From an uncultured Clostridia bacterium (lineage in GTDB: Bacteria; Bacillota; Clostridia; Christensenellales; UBA1242): a stretch of 64,000 nt of DNA. Position 1 is the stretch's first letter. The number at the start of each line of letters is the position of its first letter. The stretch lies in contig CALWDZ010000003.1 of the NCBI GenBank assembly GCA_944376845.1, forward strand, positions 59,758 to 123,757, written 5' to 3'. Positions 53,057 through 63,620 of this stretch are shown here, one piece after another. Under the pieces are notes generated by a model. It saw only the letters and a list, made by a program, of their open reading frames with translations. It made no database searches and had not been told where the DNA came from. Both the position numbers and the translations under genes were made by a program.

Positions 53057-53926
53057 ATGAAATTTGACATAAATAAAATTTTTTTAAAAAGAAAAGCCAA
53101 AGTTGGTATTGCTTTTGGTGGAGGTGGAGCAAGAGGATTTGCACACCTTGGAGTAATAAAGGCTTTTGAGGAATATGGGATAAAGGCGAGTGATTTTGCT
53201 TTTATTTGTGGTACTAGTGCTGGCAGTATCATTGGTGCATTTTATGCTGCCGGGTATACTTTTAGTCAAATGATGAAAATTGCTAAAAACATAAAGGAAG
53301 AAGATATACGCACAAACAAAATTCCTTTTATGCCATCCAAAACTGATGGTATAACAGATTTAATTATTGCACAACTTGGTGATATAAACATAGAAGATTT
53401 GCCACTTCCTTATGCGTGTGTGGCTTGTGACATAAAGTCCACGAAAGAAATAATTATCAAAAAAGGCAACCTTGCAAAAGCGGTTGCGGGTAGTTGTTGT
53501 GTTCCAGGAGTTTTTGTACCTGTCGTGTTTGAAAAATATCATCTTTGTGATGGCGGTCTTAAAAATACAATTCCAACAAGTGTTCCTAAAAGATTTGGTT
53601 GTGATTACTGTATTGGGGTTGATGTCAATAAACATAGAACATATGGAACAGATAGTTTAAAACTTGTTGATGTTGTGTCATGCTCAATTCGCGTTTTAAT
53701 GGAAAATACTGCACTTAGAGGGTACCTTAGTGCTGATGTTATGATAGGTCCCGAAACTAAACGATTTTCAGCGTCAAAGACTGAGGGTATGATGGATATG
53801 GTGGATGAAGGATATAAAGAAACCATAGATAAAATGCCTGAAATATTAGCATTACTTAGTAAAAAGCCACAAAAATCAAAGTTTAAAGAACAGTTTAGTA
53901 GTGAGGAACCAGAAATCAATGGTTAA
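53057..53926 (+). CDS. patatin-like phospholipase
   Basis: GGGGARG oxyanion motif, GTSAGS (GxSxG) and DGG catalytic Asp motif. Confidence 0.85.
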   Translation: MKFDINKIFLKRKAKVGIAFGGGGARGFAHLGVIKAFEEYGIKASDFAFICGTSAGSIIGAFYAAGYTFSQMMKIAKNIKEEDIRTNKIPFMPSKTDGITDLIIAQLGDINIEDLPLPYACVACDIKSTKEIIIKKGNLAKAVAGSCCVPGVFVPVVFEKYHLCDGGLKNTIPTSVPKRFGCDYCIGVDVNKHRTYGTDSLKLVDVVSCSIRVLMENTALRGYLSADVMIGPETKRFSASKTEGMMDMVDEGYKETIDKMPEILALLSKKPQKSKFKEQFSSEEPEING

Positions 53927-55052
53927 AAAGAAAAAACAAAAGAGAAATTTAAAGTTAAGATTTTGTATATTTTTTCTGTTGTCACTTGTTGTATGTTCAA
54001 CATTTTTCTTTAATGATACTTTAGAAGTTTGGATAAATTCGCTAATCAATCCACCAATTTCTGAAGATGTTGAAAATTGCGAACTTAAAGTTCATTTTAT
54101 AGATGTAGGTCAAGGTGATAGCATTCTTGTTGAATTTCCAGACGATAAAGTTATGCTTGTAGATTCTGGACCAGGCTCAAATGAAGATGACCTTCTTACA
54201 TATCTAAACAATGTTTTCGCGACAAGAGAAGATAGAGATATAGATTATTTTGTTGTAACTCACCAAGACGAAGACCATGTTGGCGGTGCTGATGTTGTGT
54301 TTGATAATTTTAATATACTAACATTTTATAGACCAAATGTTTATACTGATGATGAAATGGATAAATTCGGCTATTCATCTTCACAAGCAAACGCATGTAA
54401 TACTGCGTGTTTTACTACAATGATTGAAAAGGCATACCAAGAAAATTGTGAAATTTTTGTTTCAGAGCGTATGTTAAATCCACTATTTTTGGAAGATACC
54501 AGCGAATATGATGTCCAATTTTTGTCACCATCTGAGTCAAAGTATACTGATGCCAACAATTATTCACCAATAATACTAATAGAGTATAAATATCGTAAAA
54601 TAATGCTTACTGGTGATGCCGAAACTCAAGTTGAAGAAGAAGTTCTTGAAAATTATGGTGATATACCAGGTTTTTTACAGTGTGATATTTTAAAACTAGG
54701 TCACCATGGCAGTAACACATCAACATCTCAAGCATTTTTGGACGCGGTCAATCCTAGTTATGTAGCAATTTCAGTTGGTGAAGGTAATAGTTATAAACAT
54801 CCAAGCGATGAAGTTGTTGCACGCGTAGCAAATCTAGTCGGTGAACAAAATATTTTTAGAACTGACACTATGGGGAATATTGTATTTGGCATAGATGCTG
54901 ACAATCTGGTCGCAGGCAGAGGTACTATACAAATAACCACCTTAAAGGGTGCAATATTTAACATACATATAGAGTGGTGGTGTGTTGTTCTTGGCATAGA
55001 ATGTATACTATTTGTAATAATTATTACACCAAAGAAAAAATATAAAGATTAA
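53901..55052 (+). CDS. ComEC-related metallo-beta-lactamase-fold hydrolase with N- and C-terminal TM anchors
   Basis: HFIDVGQGDS, THQDEDHVGG and LGHHGS motifs. The start is GTG 53901 or ATG 53919. Confidence 0.7.
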   Translation: MRNQKSMVKKKKQKRNLKLRFCIFFLLSLVVCSTFFFNDTLEVWINSLINPPISEDVENCELKVHFIDVGQGDSILVEFPDDKVMLVDSGPGSNEDDLLTYLNNVFATREDRDIDYFVVTHQDEDHVGGADVVFDNFNILTFYRPNVYTDDEMDKFGYSSSQANACNTACFTTMIEKAYQENCEIFVSERMLNPLFLEDTSEYDVQFLSPSESKYTDANNYSPIILIEYKYRKIMLTGDAETQVEEEVLENYGDIPGFLQCDILKLGHHGSNTSTSQAFLDAVNPSYVAISVGEGNSYKHPSDEVVARVANLVGEQNIFRTDTMGNIVFGIDADNLVAGRGTIQITTLKGAIFNIHIEWWCVVLGIECILFVIIITPKKKYKD

Positions 55053-55166
55053 GAAAGGCTATAGCATAAAAATACTCGCACATAAATGCGGGTATTTTTA
55101 TGTAATGTTAAGTTTGACAATATTATATAGATTATGTTAAACTTTATTGTTAAAAAGGACAAGAAT

Positions 55167-58100
55167 ATGAAAAAAGAACAAGGAATGCCAGATTTTGTTA
55201 AATTAGAAAAAGATGTATTAAAATTTTGGGAAGATGAGCACTGTTTTGAAAAGATGCGTGAGCAAAATTCAAAAAAGAATAAATGGTATCCATTTTTAGA
55301 TGGACCAATAACTGCAAATAATGAAATGAAACTTCACCATGTTTGGAATAGAGCACTTAAAGATATCATGCTCCGTTACAAGAGTATGCAAGGATATGAC
55401 AGTTGTTTTCAAAATGGTTTTGATGCACAAGGACTTTGGGTTGAGGTCAATGTTGAAAAAGAACTTGGACTTAAAGGTAAGCCTGATATTATTTCCTATG
55501 GTATGGATAATTTCGTTGAAAAGTGTATTGAAAGAGTTAAATACTATTCATCAATTATTACACGCCAATCAAAGAGGCTTGGTCAGTGGATGGACTGGGA
55601 GCATTCATACTATACAAATACCGATGAAAACATCACATCTATTTGGTATTTTCTTAAAAAATGTTATGAAAAGGGCTGGTTAATTGAAAAGCATAGGCCA
55701 ATGCCATGGTGCAGTCATTGCGGAACATCACTCAGTGAACACGAAGTTGCGGACAACTATCAAGATATGGAGCATTTGGCAGTGTTTTTCAAATTGCCAA
55801 TAAAAAATAGCGATATGTCCATAGTTGTTTGGACAACGACACCTTGGACACTTTCTTCAAATGTTGCAGTTGCTGTAAATCCAGACCTTGATTATATAAT
55901 ATGTAAAGTTAAAAGCACAAATAGAAAACTTATTGTTTGTAGTGATGCAAAAAAATGTTTAAAAGATGACTTTATAAGTATTGAAAAAACAGTTAAGGGA
56001 AGTGAACTTGTAGGGCTTGAATATGAAACTTGTTTCCCTGACCTTAAACAGCAAAATTTTGTGCATAAAATTGTTGCCTGGGACATGGTTGATGCAACCG
56101 AAGGCTCAGGTGCTGTTCATATCGCACCAGGATGCGGACAAGAGGACTTTGAACTTGGTGAGAAGTTGGGACTTGAAAAAGTTTGTCCAGTTGATGAAAA
56201 TGGGGTATTTTATTCCGATTTTGGTTTCCTTTCTGGCAAAAAGACGACAGAAGTTGTAGACCTAGTTTTTGATGAACTTAAAAAACAAGATAAACTTTAT
56301 TACACACATAAACATAAGCATCGCTATCCAATATGTTGGCGTTGTAAAAATCCACTCATTTTTAGATTAAGCAAAGAGTGGTATTTAAGTGCTGACGAAA
56401 TTCGTCCAGAACTTATAAAAGCGATTGACACAGTTGAATGGCAACCTGCATTTACCAAAAAGCGTATGTTAGATTGGCTCACAAATATGGGTGACTGGAA
56501 TATTTCGCGTAAACGTTTTTATGGACTTCCACTGCCATTTTATAGATGCGAGCATTGTGGAGAACTTACAGTTGTAGGCTCGCTAGACGAATTAAAGAAA
56601 TTGTCAAGTAGTGCTGAGGTTGATGCTTTGCCTCATTTGCACCGCCCATATATAGATAAAATTGAAATAACTTGTCCAAAATGTCATCATAAAGTAAAAC
56701 GTGTTAGTGAAGTTGGTGACTGTTGGCTTGACGCGGGGATAACTCCATTTAGCACAAAACAATATTTTACAAACAGAGAGCATTGGGAAAAGGATTTCCC
56801 AGCAGAGTGCGTAATCGAAATGAAAGAGCAAATTAGGCTTTGGTTCTATTCACTTTTATTTATGAGTGTAGCACTTGAACATCGTGCTCCATACAAAAAA
56901 GTTATAGGCTTTGCTATGCTCGTTGCTGAAGATGGCTCAAAGTTTAGTAAATCAGGTCCAAACAACATAAATTTTGATGAAGTGGTAGAAAAATTTGGTG
57001 CTGATGTGTTGCGATACATTTTTGCCGCTAATAATATGCAAAATGATACTCGTTTTGGTTTTAGTATTTGTGATGAAACTCGTAGAAAGATTTTGGGGCT
57101 TTGGAATGCATATGTATTCTTTAACACATATTATGTGCTAGATAATCCAGACATTTTGAACTTTAAGCCTGATAACCTTGACATAGTAGATAAATGGCTA
57201 ATAGTTTCAGTAAATAAGTTTATTCGTGACAGCATAGAAAATTATGAACATCAAAAATACTTTAGTGTCATTAAAGACTTTGAAGCCTTAATTGATGATG
57301 TATCAAATTGGTACATTAGAACAAGCCGTAGAAGATTTTGGAAAAGCGAAGGTGATGATAAACTTTGTGCATATTTCTCGCTATACTATGCACTAAAAAA
57401 TATCACAAAAGTTATGGCTCCAATTATGCCATTTATGTGTGAGCATATATACCAAAATTTAGTAAAATCGGTTGAAAAAAATGCAAAACTTTCAATTTTT
57501 ATGGACGGTTTTGCTAATGTAAGTTTTGATATTAAGGATGAGAATATATTATCTCAAACAGTAGTTGCTCGAAATGTTATAAATCTTGCACAACGTCTAA
57601 GAAATGAAAATCAGTTAAAGATAAAACAGCCATTAAAAGCAATGTATATTACATGTGATAATAGCGCAAAAAGTGCAATACTTGCATATGAAAATATCAT
57701 AAAAGATGAACTGAATATAAAAAATATCATATTTGAAAAAGACGCAACAAACTTTAATGATGAATATTTGCAAGTCAACTTTAAAAAAGCGGGTGCTGTT
57801 TTAAAAGGTGATGTCCAAAAAGCAAAGGCAGAGTTGTTAAATGCAACAACCGAGCAGATGCAAGAACTTGTAAAACAGTTTAAAAATGGCAGTGTTAACC
57901 TTTTGGGTCAAAACCTTCCAAGTGATTTGTTTATACTATGTCTAAAACCTAAAAAGGACTATGTTATAGCAAGTGAAAATAATGTAACTGTTGTGTTAGA
58001 TATTACACTTGACGAAAACTTGATGCTTGAGGGACTGCTTCGTGAACTTATCCGTGCAATTCAGGTGTTAAGGAAAGAAGGTGGGTTAAAAATAGAACAA

Positions 58101-58277
58101 AGAATTGGGCTTGAAATACAATCAAATGATGAAACAATAAACAAAGTTGTAACAAAATACTTAGATAAAATAAAATCTGAAGCATTAGTTACAAAATATG
58201 GCGATATAAATGATACTACTATTTCTCAGACTGTAAATATTGGTGGTGAAGACGTAATTATTAAAATTAAGGGCTAA
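55167..58277 (+). CDS. ileS: isoleucine--tRNA ligase (type 2)
   Basis: PFLDGPITANNEMKLHHVWN (HIGH region), CP1 editing domain, KFSKSGPN (KMSKS). About 1036 aa from the ATG at 55167. Confidence 0.9.
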   Translation: MKKEQGMPDFVKLEKDVLKFWEDEHCFEKMREQNSKKNKWYPFLDGPITANNEMKLHHVWNRALKDIMLRYKSMQGYDSCFQNGFDAQGLWVEVNVEKELGLKGKPDIISYGMDNFVEKCIERVKYYSSIITRQSKRLGQWMDWEHSYYTNTDENITSIWYFLKKCYEKGWLIEKHRPMPWCSHCGTSLSEHEVADNYQDMEHLAVFFKLPIKNSDMSIVVWTTTPWTLSSNVAVAVNPDLDYIICKVKSTNRKLIVCSDAKKCLKDDFISIEKTVKGSELVGLEYETCFPDLKQQNFVHKIVAWDMVDATEGSGAVHIAPGCGQEDFELGEKLGLEKVCPVDENGVFYSDFGFLSGKKTTEVVDLVFDELKKQDKLYYTHKHKHRYPICWRCKNPLIFRLSKEWYLSADEIRPELIKAIDTVEWQPAFTKKRMLDWLTNMGDWNISRKRFYGLPLPFYRCEHCGELTVVGSLDELKKLSSSAEVDALPHLHRPYIDKIEITCPKCHHKVKRVSEVGDCWLDAGITPFSTKQYFTNREHWEKDFPAECVIEMKEQIRLWFYSLLFMSVALEHRAPYKKVIGFAMLVAEDGSKFSKSGPNNINFDEVVEKFGADVLRYIFAANNMQNDTRFGFSICDETRRKILGLWNAYVFFNTYYVLDNPDILNFKPDNLDIVDKWLIVSVNKFIRDSIENYEHQKYFSVIKDFEALIDDVSNWYIRTSRRRFWKSEGDDKLCAYFSLYYALKNITKVMAPIMPFMCEHIYQNLVKSVEKNAKLSIFMDGFANVSFDIKDENILSQTVVARNVINLAQRLRNENQLKIKQPLKAMYITCDNSAKSAILAYENIIKDELNIKNIIFEKDATNFNDEYLQVNFKKAGAVLKGDVQKAKAELLNATTEQMQELVKQFKNGSVNLLGQNLPSDLFILCLKPKKDYVIASENNVTVVLDITLDENLMLEGLLRELIRAIQVLRKEGGLKIEQRIGLEIQSNDETINKVVTKYLDKIKSEALVTKYGDINDTTISQTVNIGGEDVIIKIKG

Positions 58278-58279
58278 TT

Positions 58280-59128
58280 ATGAGATATAACGAAGAGTGG
58301 AAAGATTTTGAAGTGATTTCAACTTCAAAAGGCGAAAAATTGGAGCGATGGGGTAATGTTTACTTACTTCGCCCAGATCCACAAGTCATTTGGGATACTG
58401 GCAAATCTTTAAAAATTCCAAAACTTTGTGCACATTATCATAGAAGTAGTTCTGGTGGTGGCAATTGGGAATATTTAAAGAAAATACCAGATGAATGGGT
58501 GGTTTCATGGCGTGATTTAAACTTTTTGATAAAACCGATGGGCTTTAAGCACACCGGTCTTTTTCCAGAGCAAGCGACTAATTGGGATATGATGATATCT
58601 TTAATTAAAAATGCAGGTCGTGAAATAAAAGTACTTAATCTTTTTGGTTACACAGGTGGTGCAACAGTTGCTTGTACAAGTGCTGGTGCAGTAGTTACTC
58701 ATGTAGATGCAAGTAAAAATATGGTTGAAAGGTGCAAACAAAACATAAAGTTATCCAATCTTTCAGATAAACCAATTCGTTATATTGTGGACGATTGTCA
58801 AAAATTTATTGAGCGTGAAATAAGGCGAGGTAATCACTATGACGCAATCATTATGGACCCACCAAGTTATGGCCGTGGACCAAGTGGCGAAATGTGGAAA
58901 CTTGAAAACAATCTTTTTGATTTTGTCAAACTATGCAAAAATATACTTTCTGACAAACCACTTTTTGTGCTTATAAATTCATATACAACGGGACTTCAAC
59001 CTTTGGTTTTAAATAATATATTAAAACTTGTGTTTGGCGATGGAAATATTTCATCTTACGAAGTTGGTATAAAGTGTAGTGATGGCTTAATTTTGCCATG
59101 CGGTGCAAGCGGAGTGAAAATATGGTAA
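58280..59128 (+). CDS. class I SAM-dependent methyltransferase (RlmI/RlmK-like)
   Basis: LNLFGYTGGATVA SAM motif and IIMDPPSYGRG motif IV. Confidence 0.7.
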   Translation: MRYNEEWKDFEVISTSKGEKLERWGNVYLLRPDPQVIWDTGKSLKIPKLCAHYHRSSSGGGNWEYLKKIPDEWVVSWRDLNFLIKPMGFKHTGLFPEQATNWDMMISLIKNAGREIKVLNLFGYTGGATVACTSAGAVVTHVDASKNMVERCKQNIKLSNLSDKPIRYIVDDCQKFIEREIRRGNHYDAIIMDPPSYGRGPSGEMWKLENNLFDFVKLCKNILSDKPLFVLINSYTTGLQPLVLNNILKLVFGDGNISSYEVGIKCSDGLILPCGASGVKIW

Positions 59129-59802
59129 ATATTGTTTATGAAGATAATCATATTTTAGTGTGCGTTAAACCACAAAACATTCCATCGCAGGCGGATGAAA
59201 GTGGTGATGCTGATATGCTTAGTATTGTGAAAAACTACATCAAAGAAAAATATCAAAAACCAGGTAATGTATATGTTGGGCTTGTGCATAGGCTTGATAG
59301 GGTGACGGGCGGACTTATGGTGTTTGCAAAGACCTCCAAAGCAGCAAAAAGGCTTAGTGAAGAGATAGTTAGCCATGAAATGCAAAAATCATATCTTGCT
59401 GTATGTAATGGTTATTTAAAAAAAGATGAAGATAAACTTGTTGACTATTTGAAAAAAGATAGCAAAAATAACTTGGTTAAAATTGTGTCAAAGACAACTC
59501 CTTTTGCAAAAAGAGCAGAACTTGATTATATCGTGCTTTCAAAAAAAGATAATTTAAGTTTAGTAGAAATCAATTTGCATACGGGCAGAAGTCATCAAAT
59601 AAGAGTTCAATTAAAAAATGCAGGTGCACCAATATTTGGTGACCATAGATATGCAGGTGTTAAACAAGGTAATCTTGCACTTTGGGCATATAAACTTTGT
59701 TTTATTCATCCAACAAAAAAAGAAAAAATGACATTTATTTATTTTCCACCAAATGAAAAACCTTGGAATTATTTTGAAAAAGAAATAAATAATAAAAAAT
59801 AG
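59122..59802 (+). CDS. RluA family pseudouridine synthase
   Basis: HRLDRVTGGLMVFAKT catalytic Asp motif and GRSHQIRVQL. RBS GGAGTG precedes the ATG at 59122. Confidence 0.85.
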   Translation: MVNIVYEDNHILVCVKPQNIPSQADESGDADMLSIVKNYIKEKYQKPGNVYVGLVHRLDRVTGGLMVFAKTSKAAKRLSEEIVSHEMQKSYLAVCNGYLKKDEDKLVDYLKKDSKNNLVKIVSKTTPFAKRAELDYIVLSKKDNLSLVEINLHTGRSHQIRVQLKNAGAPIFGDHRYAGVKQGNLALWAYKLCFIHPTKKEKMTFIYFPPNEKPWNYFEKEINNKK

Positions 59803-59810
59803 GAGATAAA

Positions 59811-61586
59811 ATGGAAAGAGAAAAAATCGAGGAAAAATATAAATGGGATCTAACTGAATATTTTAAAGATTTATTGTCTTGGCAAAATATGTTTGATTAT
59901 GTTCAAAATAATTATAAAGAAATATTAAATTTTGAGCACAAATTAAATAATAAAAATGACATTTTATTATGTCTTGAAAAAGAAAGCGAAATTTCAAGTA
60001 AACTTGGACTTTTATATGTCTATGCAAGCCTTAAAACCAAAGAAAATTCGACTAATTCAATATATCAAAATATATTAAATAAAGTAGAAAAATTATCAGT
60101 TGAAATTAGTGAGGCATATTCATTTATTGATAGTGAATTAAATGACCTTTCTGATGAATATTTAAAACAATTAGCAAAAGATGTTGATTTTAAAAATTAT
60201 GATTTATATTTTTTAGATATTATAAAAAATAAAAAACATATGCTTTCAAAAAAAGAAGAAAAATTACTTGCAAAAACAGGACTTTTTTCAGGACAATTTT
60301 CATCAATTTTTGATAAGATTGACACGGCGGATATAAGATTTGATGATATCTTGGATAGTAAAGGAAATTCATACAAAATGAATAATTCTGTTTACAATCG
60401 TTACAGTCAGTCAACCGATAGAACGCTTAGAAAAAATGCTTTCATCTCTATGAACGGAGCATATGGGAAGTTAAATCAAACAATTACAGAAGTTTATCTT
60501 GGTAATATAAAATCCGATTGTTTTTATAGTCAAATCCGCCATTTTGAAAGTTGTCTTGATGCTTCAATGTTTGCTGAAGATGTTGATAAAAATGTATATA
60601 AAACACTTGTTGAAAGTGTAAATTCAAATCTTGGTGTGTTTCATAAATATTTTGATTTAAAAAGACAAATACTTGGACTCGATAAAATTGCAATTTTTGA
60701 TATGCGTGCACCATCGTGTGATAGCCTTGAAAAAGCCTATTCATATGAAGAGGCATATGATATTGTTCTGGATGCTTTAAAAGTGCTTGGAGATGATTAT
60801 ATTGAAATTTTAAAACTTGCAAAAGAAAAGCGCTGGATAGATGTCTTTACAAATGATGGCAAAGATACTGGTGCGTTTTCTTGGGGTGCATATGGCAAGC
60901 ATCCTGTTGTGCTACTAAATTATGAAAGTACAATAAATGATGTATTCACTTTGGCACATGAACTTGGGCATAGTATGCACACATATTTTTCAAATAAATC
61001 ACAGGTTGAGCAAAAAGCGGGATATGAAATTTTCGTTGCGGAAGTTGCATCAACTGTCAATGAAATGTTACTTGTAAATTTCTTTCTTTCAAAGGCAAAA
61101 AATAGCCAAGAAAAGCTATACTTTCTCGACTATTTGTTTAAAATGTTTTATTCAACAATATTCCGTCAAACTCTTTTTGCAGAATTTGAAGAATATGCAC
61201 ATAATGCCTATGAAAATGGTGATGACACAACTGCTCAGGCACTCAATGCATATTATTATAATCTAAATAAAAAATATTTTGGCGAAAATGTTGAACTCGT
61301 AGATGAGATAAAATACGAATGGTCGCGTATTCCACATTTTTATTCGTCTTTTTATGTTTATAAATATGCTACAGGGCTTATTTCAGCATTCTATATTGCT
61401 AACAAAATATTTAGTGGTGATAAAGAAGTGCTTTCGGGTTACAGAAAGTTTTTATCGCTCGGCTCAACTCTCGATCCAGTATCGCTTTTGAAAGTTGCAA
61501 AAGTGGATCTTGCACAAAAGTCAACATTCGACTATGTATTTGCCGAAATGGATAAACTACTTCAAACCTACAAGTCACTTATCTAG
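59811..61586 (+). CDS. pepF: oligoendopeptidase F (M3B)
   Basis: HELGHSMH zinc motif. 591 aa. Confidence 0.85.
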   Translation: MEREKIEEKYKWDLTEYFKDLLSWQNMFDYVQNNYKEILNFEHKLNNKNDILLCLEKESEISSKLGLLYVYASLKTKENSTNSIYQNILNKVEKLSVEISEAYSFIDSELNDLSDEYLKQLAKDVDFKNYDLYFLDIIKNKKHMLSKKEEKLLAKTGLFSGQFSSIFDKIDTADIRFDDILDSKGNSYKMNNSVYNRYSQSTDRTLRKNAFISMNGAYGKLNQTITEVYLGNIKSDCFYSQIRHFESCLDASMFAEDVDKNVYKTLVESVNSNLGVFHKYFDLKRQILGLDKIAIFDMRAPSCDSLEKAYSYEEAYDIVLDALKVLGDDYIEILKLAKEKRWIDVFTNDGKDTGAFSWGAYGKHPVVLLNYESTINDVFTLAHELGHSMHTYFSNKSQVEQKAGYEIFVAEVASTVNEMLLVNFFLSKAKNSQEKLYFLDYLFKMFYSTIFRQTLFAEFEEYAHNAYENGDDTTAQALNAYYYNLNKKYFGENVELVDEIKYEWSRIPHFYSSFYVYKYATGLISAFYIANKIFSGDKEVLSGYRKFLSLGSTLDPVSLLKVAKVDLAQKSTFDYVFAEMDKLLQTYKSLI

Positions 61587-61823
61587 CATTCTTCCAATAT
61601 TTATACCAATCATAAGCCACATAAAATCGTCACACGAGTTTTTAGGTTGACATCTTGGTGGACAAGGTGGTGGACATGGGTTTGGACATGGTGGTGCACA
61701 AAAATCTGGGAAGGCAGGTGATGTGTAGTGATTACCACATGGGTCACAACCACAGCCACAACGCATATCTATGTGTGGATATTCTTTGTAAACTCTATAA
61801 TCTCTTGTCATAAGTTCCTCCAC
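61575..61823 (-). CDS. Cys/Pro-rich small protein (spore-coat-like composition)
   Basis: 82-aa ORF containing CGCGCDPC and CAPPCPNPCPPPCPPRC. Confidence 0.5.
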   Translation of the reverse strand: MEELMTRDYRVYKEYPHIDMRCGCGCDPCGNHYTSPAFPDFCAPPCPNPCPPPCPPRCQPKNSCDDFMWLMIGINIGRMLDK

Positions 61824-61837
61824 ACCATTATATGTAT

Positions 61838-62131
61838 TTAGTTTATTTTAGTGAGATGTGATAAATCTATTTTGTCACTCTCAATTTTTTTTGTGTTTTT
61901 TTCATTTTTTTGTGTGGCACTAAGTGCATTTGCAAGCATTGGGTTTATATTTGGCATATTGGTCAAAGTTGGCAAAATATCACTAAAATTTTTTCCAGAT
62001 AAAATAAGTGGCAAAATTTTTTGCAAAAGTGGTGTGTTGTTTGAATTTTGCTGCGACGTATTAGTATTTGCGTTATTTGCATTGCTATCCATGTTCATAT
62101 TGGGATATAAATTAAAATTATTTTCCATCAC
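61838..62131 (-). CDS. Asn-rich hypothetical small protein
   Basis: 97-aa ORF, co-oriented with and adjacent to the Cys/Pro-rich gene. Confidence 0.4.
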   Translation of the reverse strand: MMENNFNLYPNMNMDSNANNANTNTSQQNSNNTPLLQKILPLILSGKNFSDILPTLTNMPNINPMLANALSATQKNEKNTKKIESDKIDLSHLTKIN

Positions 62132-62182
62132 TAAATATAATATGCATTCATATAATATTTTAGTGAAAAAAGGAAAATTTTT

Positions 62183-62470
62183 ATGAAGTTAAGTGAGTTT
62201 AAGTCTACACAAAAAAAAGAAGAAAAACAAGAAAAAATAAATAATGAGCCTCAAAAAAAGTCAACTGAAGATGTAGAAAAACTTTTTGATAAATACAAGG
62301 ATATGGATTCTAATTCTTTAATGCAAGAACTCATAAAAAATGTAGATAAGCAAAAAAGTGATGGTAGTTTTGATTTCGAAAAACTTCAAAGTCAAATTAG
62401 CCAAGTATTACCATATCTTTCAACTGATCAACAAAAATATTTAATGACAATTTTATCGCACCTTAAATAA
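62183..62470 (+). CDS. hypothetical small charged protein
   Basis: 95-aa ORF with RBS AAAGGAAAA. Confidence 0.4.
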   Translation: MKLSEFKSTQKKEEKQEKINNEPQKKSTEDVEKLFDKYKDMDSNSLMQELIKNVDKQKSDGSFDFEKLQSQISQVLPYLSTDQQKYLMTILSHLK

Positions 62471-62478
62471 TATGATAT

Positions 62479-63603
62479 ATGAGAAAAATAGATACAAATT
62501 TAGAAAATGTTTTTATGCTGTCGAAGTCTAAACCAAAACAAGTATGCCTTGTGGAAGTGTTTGACTATGCTAAAGCAAGAAGATATTTTGAAAAAAAGAA
62601 TGTAAGTATATTAAAGGAATATAGGTTCTTAAGCCTTTTTTGCATAGATGCAACACTTTCCGATGTATATGATTTTGCACGTATGCCTTTTATTAAATAC
62701 ATAGCGCATTCAAGCCGTGTGCAATCATTTTGTAATGTTGCTAGAAAAATTATGGGAGTTGATGATATTGAATATAATGGCGAAAACATTTGCGTGGCAA
62801 TAATAGATACAGGCATTAGTCCTCATCTTGATTTCACTTTAGGGAAAAATAGAATAAAAAAATTTATAAATTTTGTATCAGATAGGACATCACCATATGA
62901 TGACAATGGGCATGGTACTTTTGTTGCTGGAGTATTGTCGGGAAGCGGTATTATGTCTTTTGGAAAATATAGTGGCTTTGCAAAAAATGCAGATATAATA
63001 TCAATAAAGGCACTCGATAAAAACGGTGAAGCAACAGCAACAACAATTTTAGACGCTGTTGAATGGGTATATAAAAATCATAAAAAATATGATATTCGTA
63101 TTGTTTGTATGAGTTTCGGAAGTGAACCCTTAGGGGCTAATGACCCTATTATGCGCGGTGCGGAAAAACTTTGGAATAGTGGAATAGTTGTTGTTGCGGC
63201 TGCAGGAAACAGTGGTCCTGATTATTACACAATAAAAAGTCCAGGTATATCTTCGAAAATAATAACTGTTGGCGGGTTTGATGATAATAGAATAGGTGAT
63301 ACTTTCAATGAAAATTTCTTTGAAATAGCACCATTTTCTTCACGCGGGCCAGCGTTTTCAAGAATAAAGCCAGATGTGGTTGCACCAAGTGTAGATATAG
63401 TTTCTTGTGGTAGACATAGCGATTATGTTCAACTTTCTGGAACAAGCGTTTCTGCACCTATGATAGCAGGCATATGTGCACTTATTTTACAAAAATATCC
63501 TCGTCTTATACCTGACCAGGTGAAAAAAATTTTGCTTCAATGTTCAAAAGGAATAACTCACAACAGGAATTTGGAGGGAATGGGGTATCCTGTATTAAAA
63601 TAA
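62479..63603 (+). CDS. S8 (subtilisin) family serine peptidase
   Basis: Catalytic triad contexts AIIDTGI (Asp), HGTFVAG (His) and SGTSVSAPMIAG (Ser). Confidence 0.9.
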   Translation: MRKIDTNLENVFMLSKSKPKQVCLVEVFDYAKARRYFEKKNVSILKEYRFLSLFCIDATLSDVYDFARMPFIKYIAHSSRVQSFCNVARKIMGVDDIEYNGENICVAIIDTGISPHLDFTLGKNRIKKFINFVSDRTSPYDDNGHGTFVAGVLSGSGIMSFGKYSGFAKNADIISIKALDKNGEATATTILDAVEWVYKNHKKYDIRIVCMSFGSEPLGANDPIMRGAEKLWNSGIVVVAAAGNSGPDYYTIKSPGISSKIITVGGFDDNRIGDTFNENFFEIAPFSSRGPAFSRIKPDVVAPSVDIVSCGRHSDYVQLSGTSVSAPMIAGICALILQKYPRLIPDQVKKILLQCSKGITHNRNLEGMGYPVLK

Positions 63604-63620
63604 AAAATAGGATGATAATC

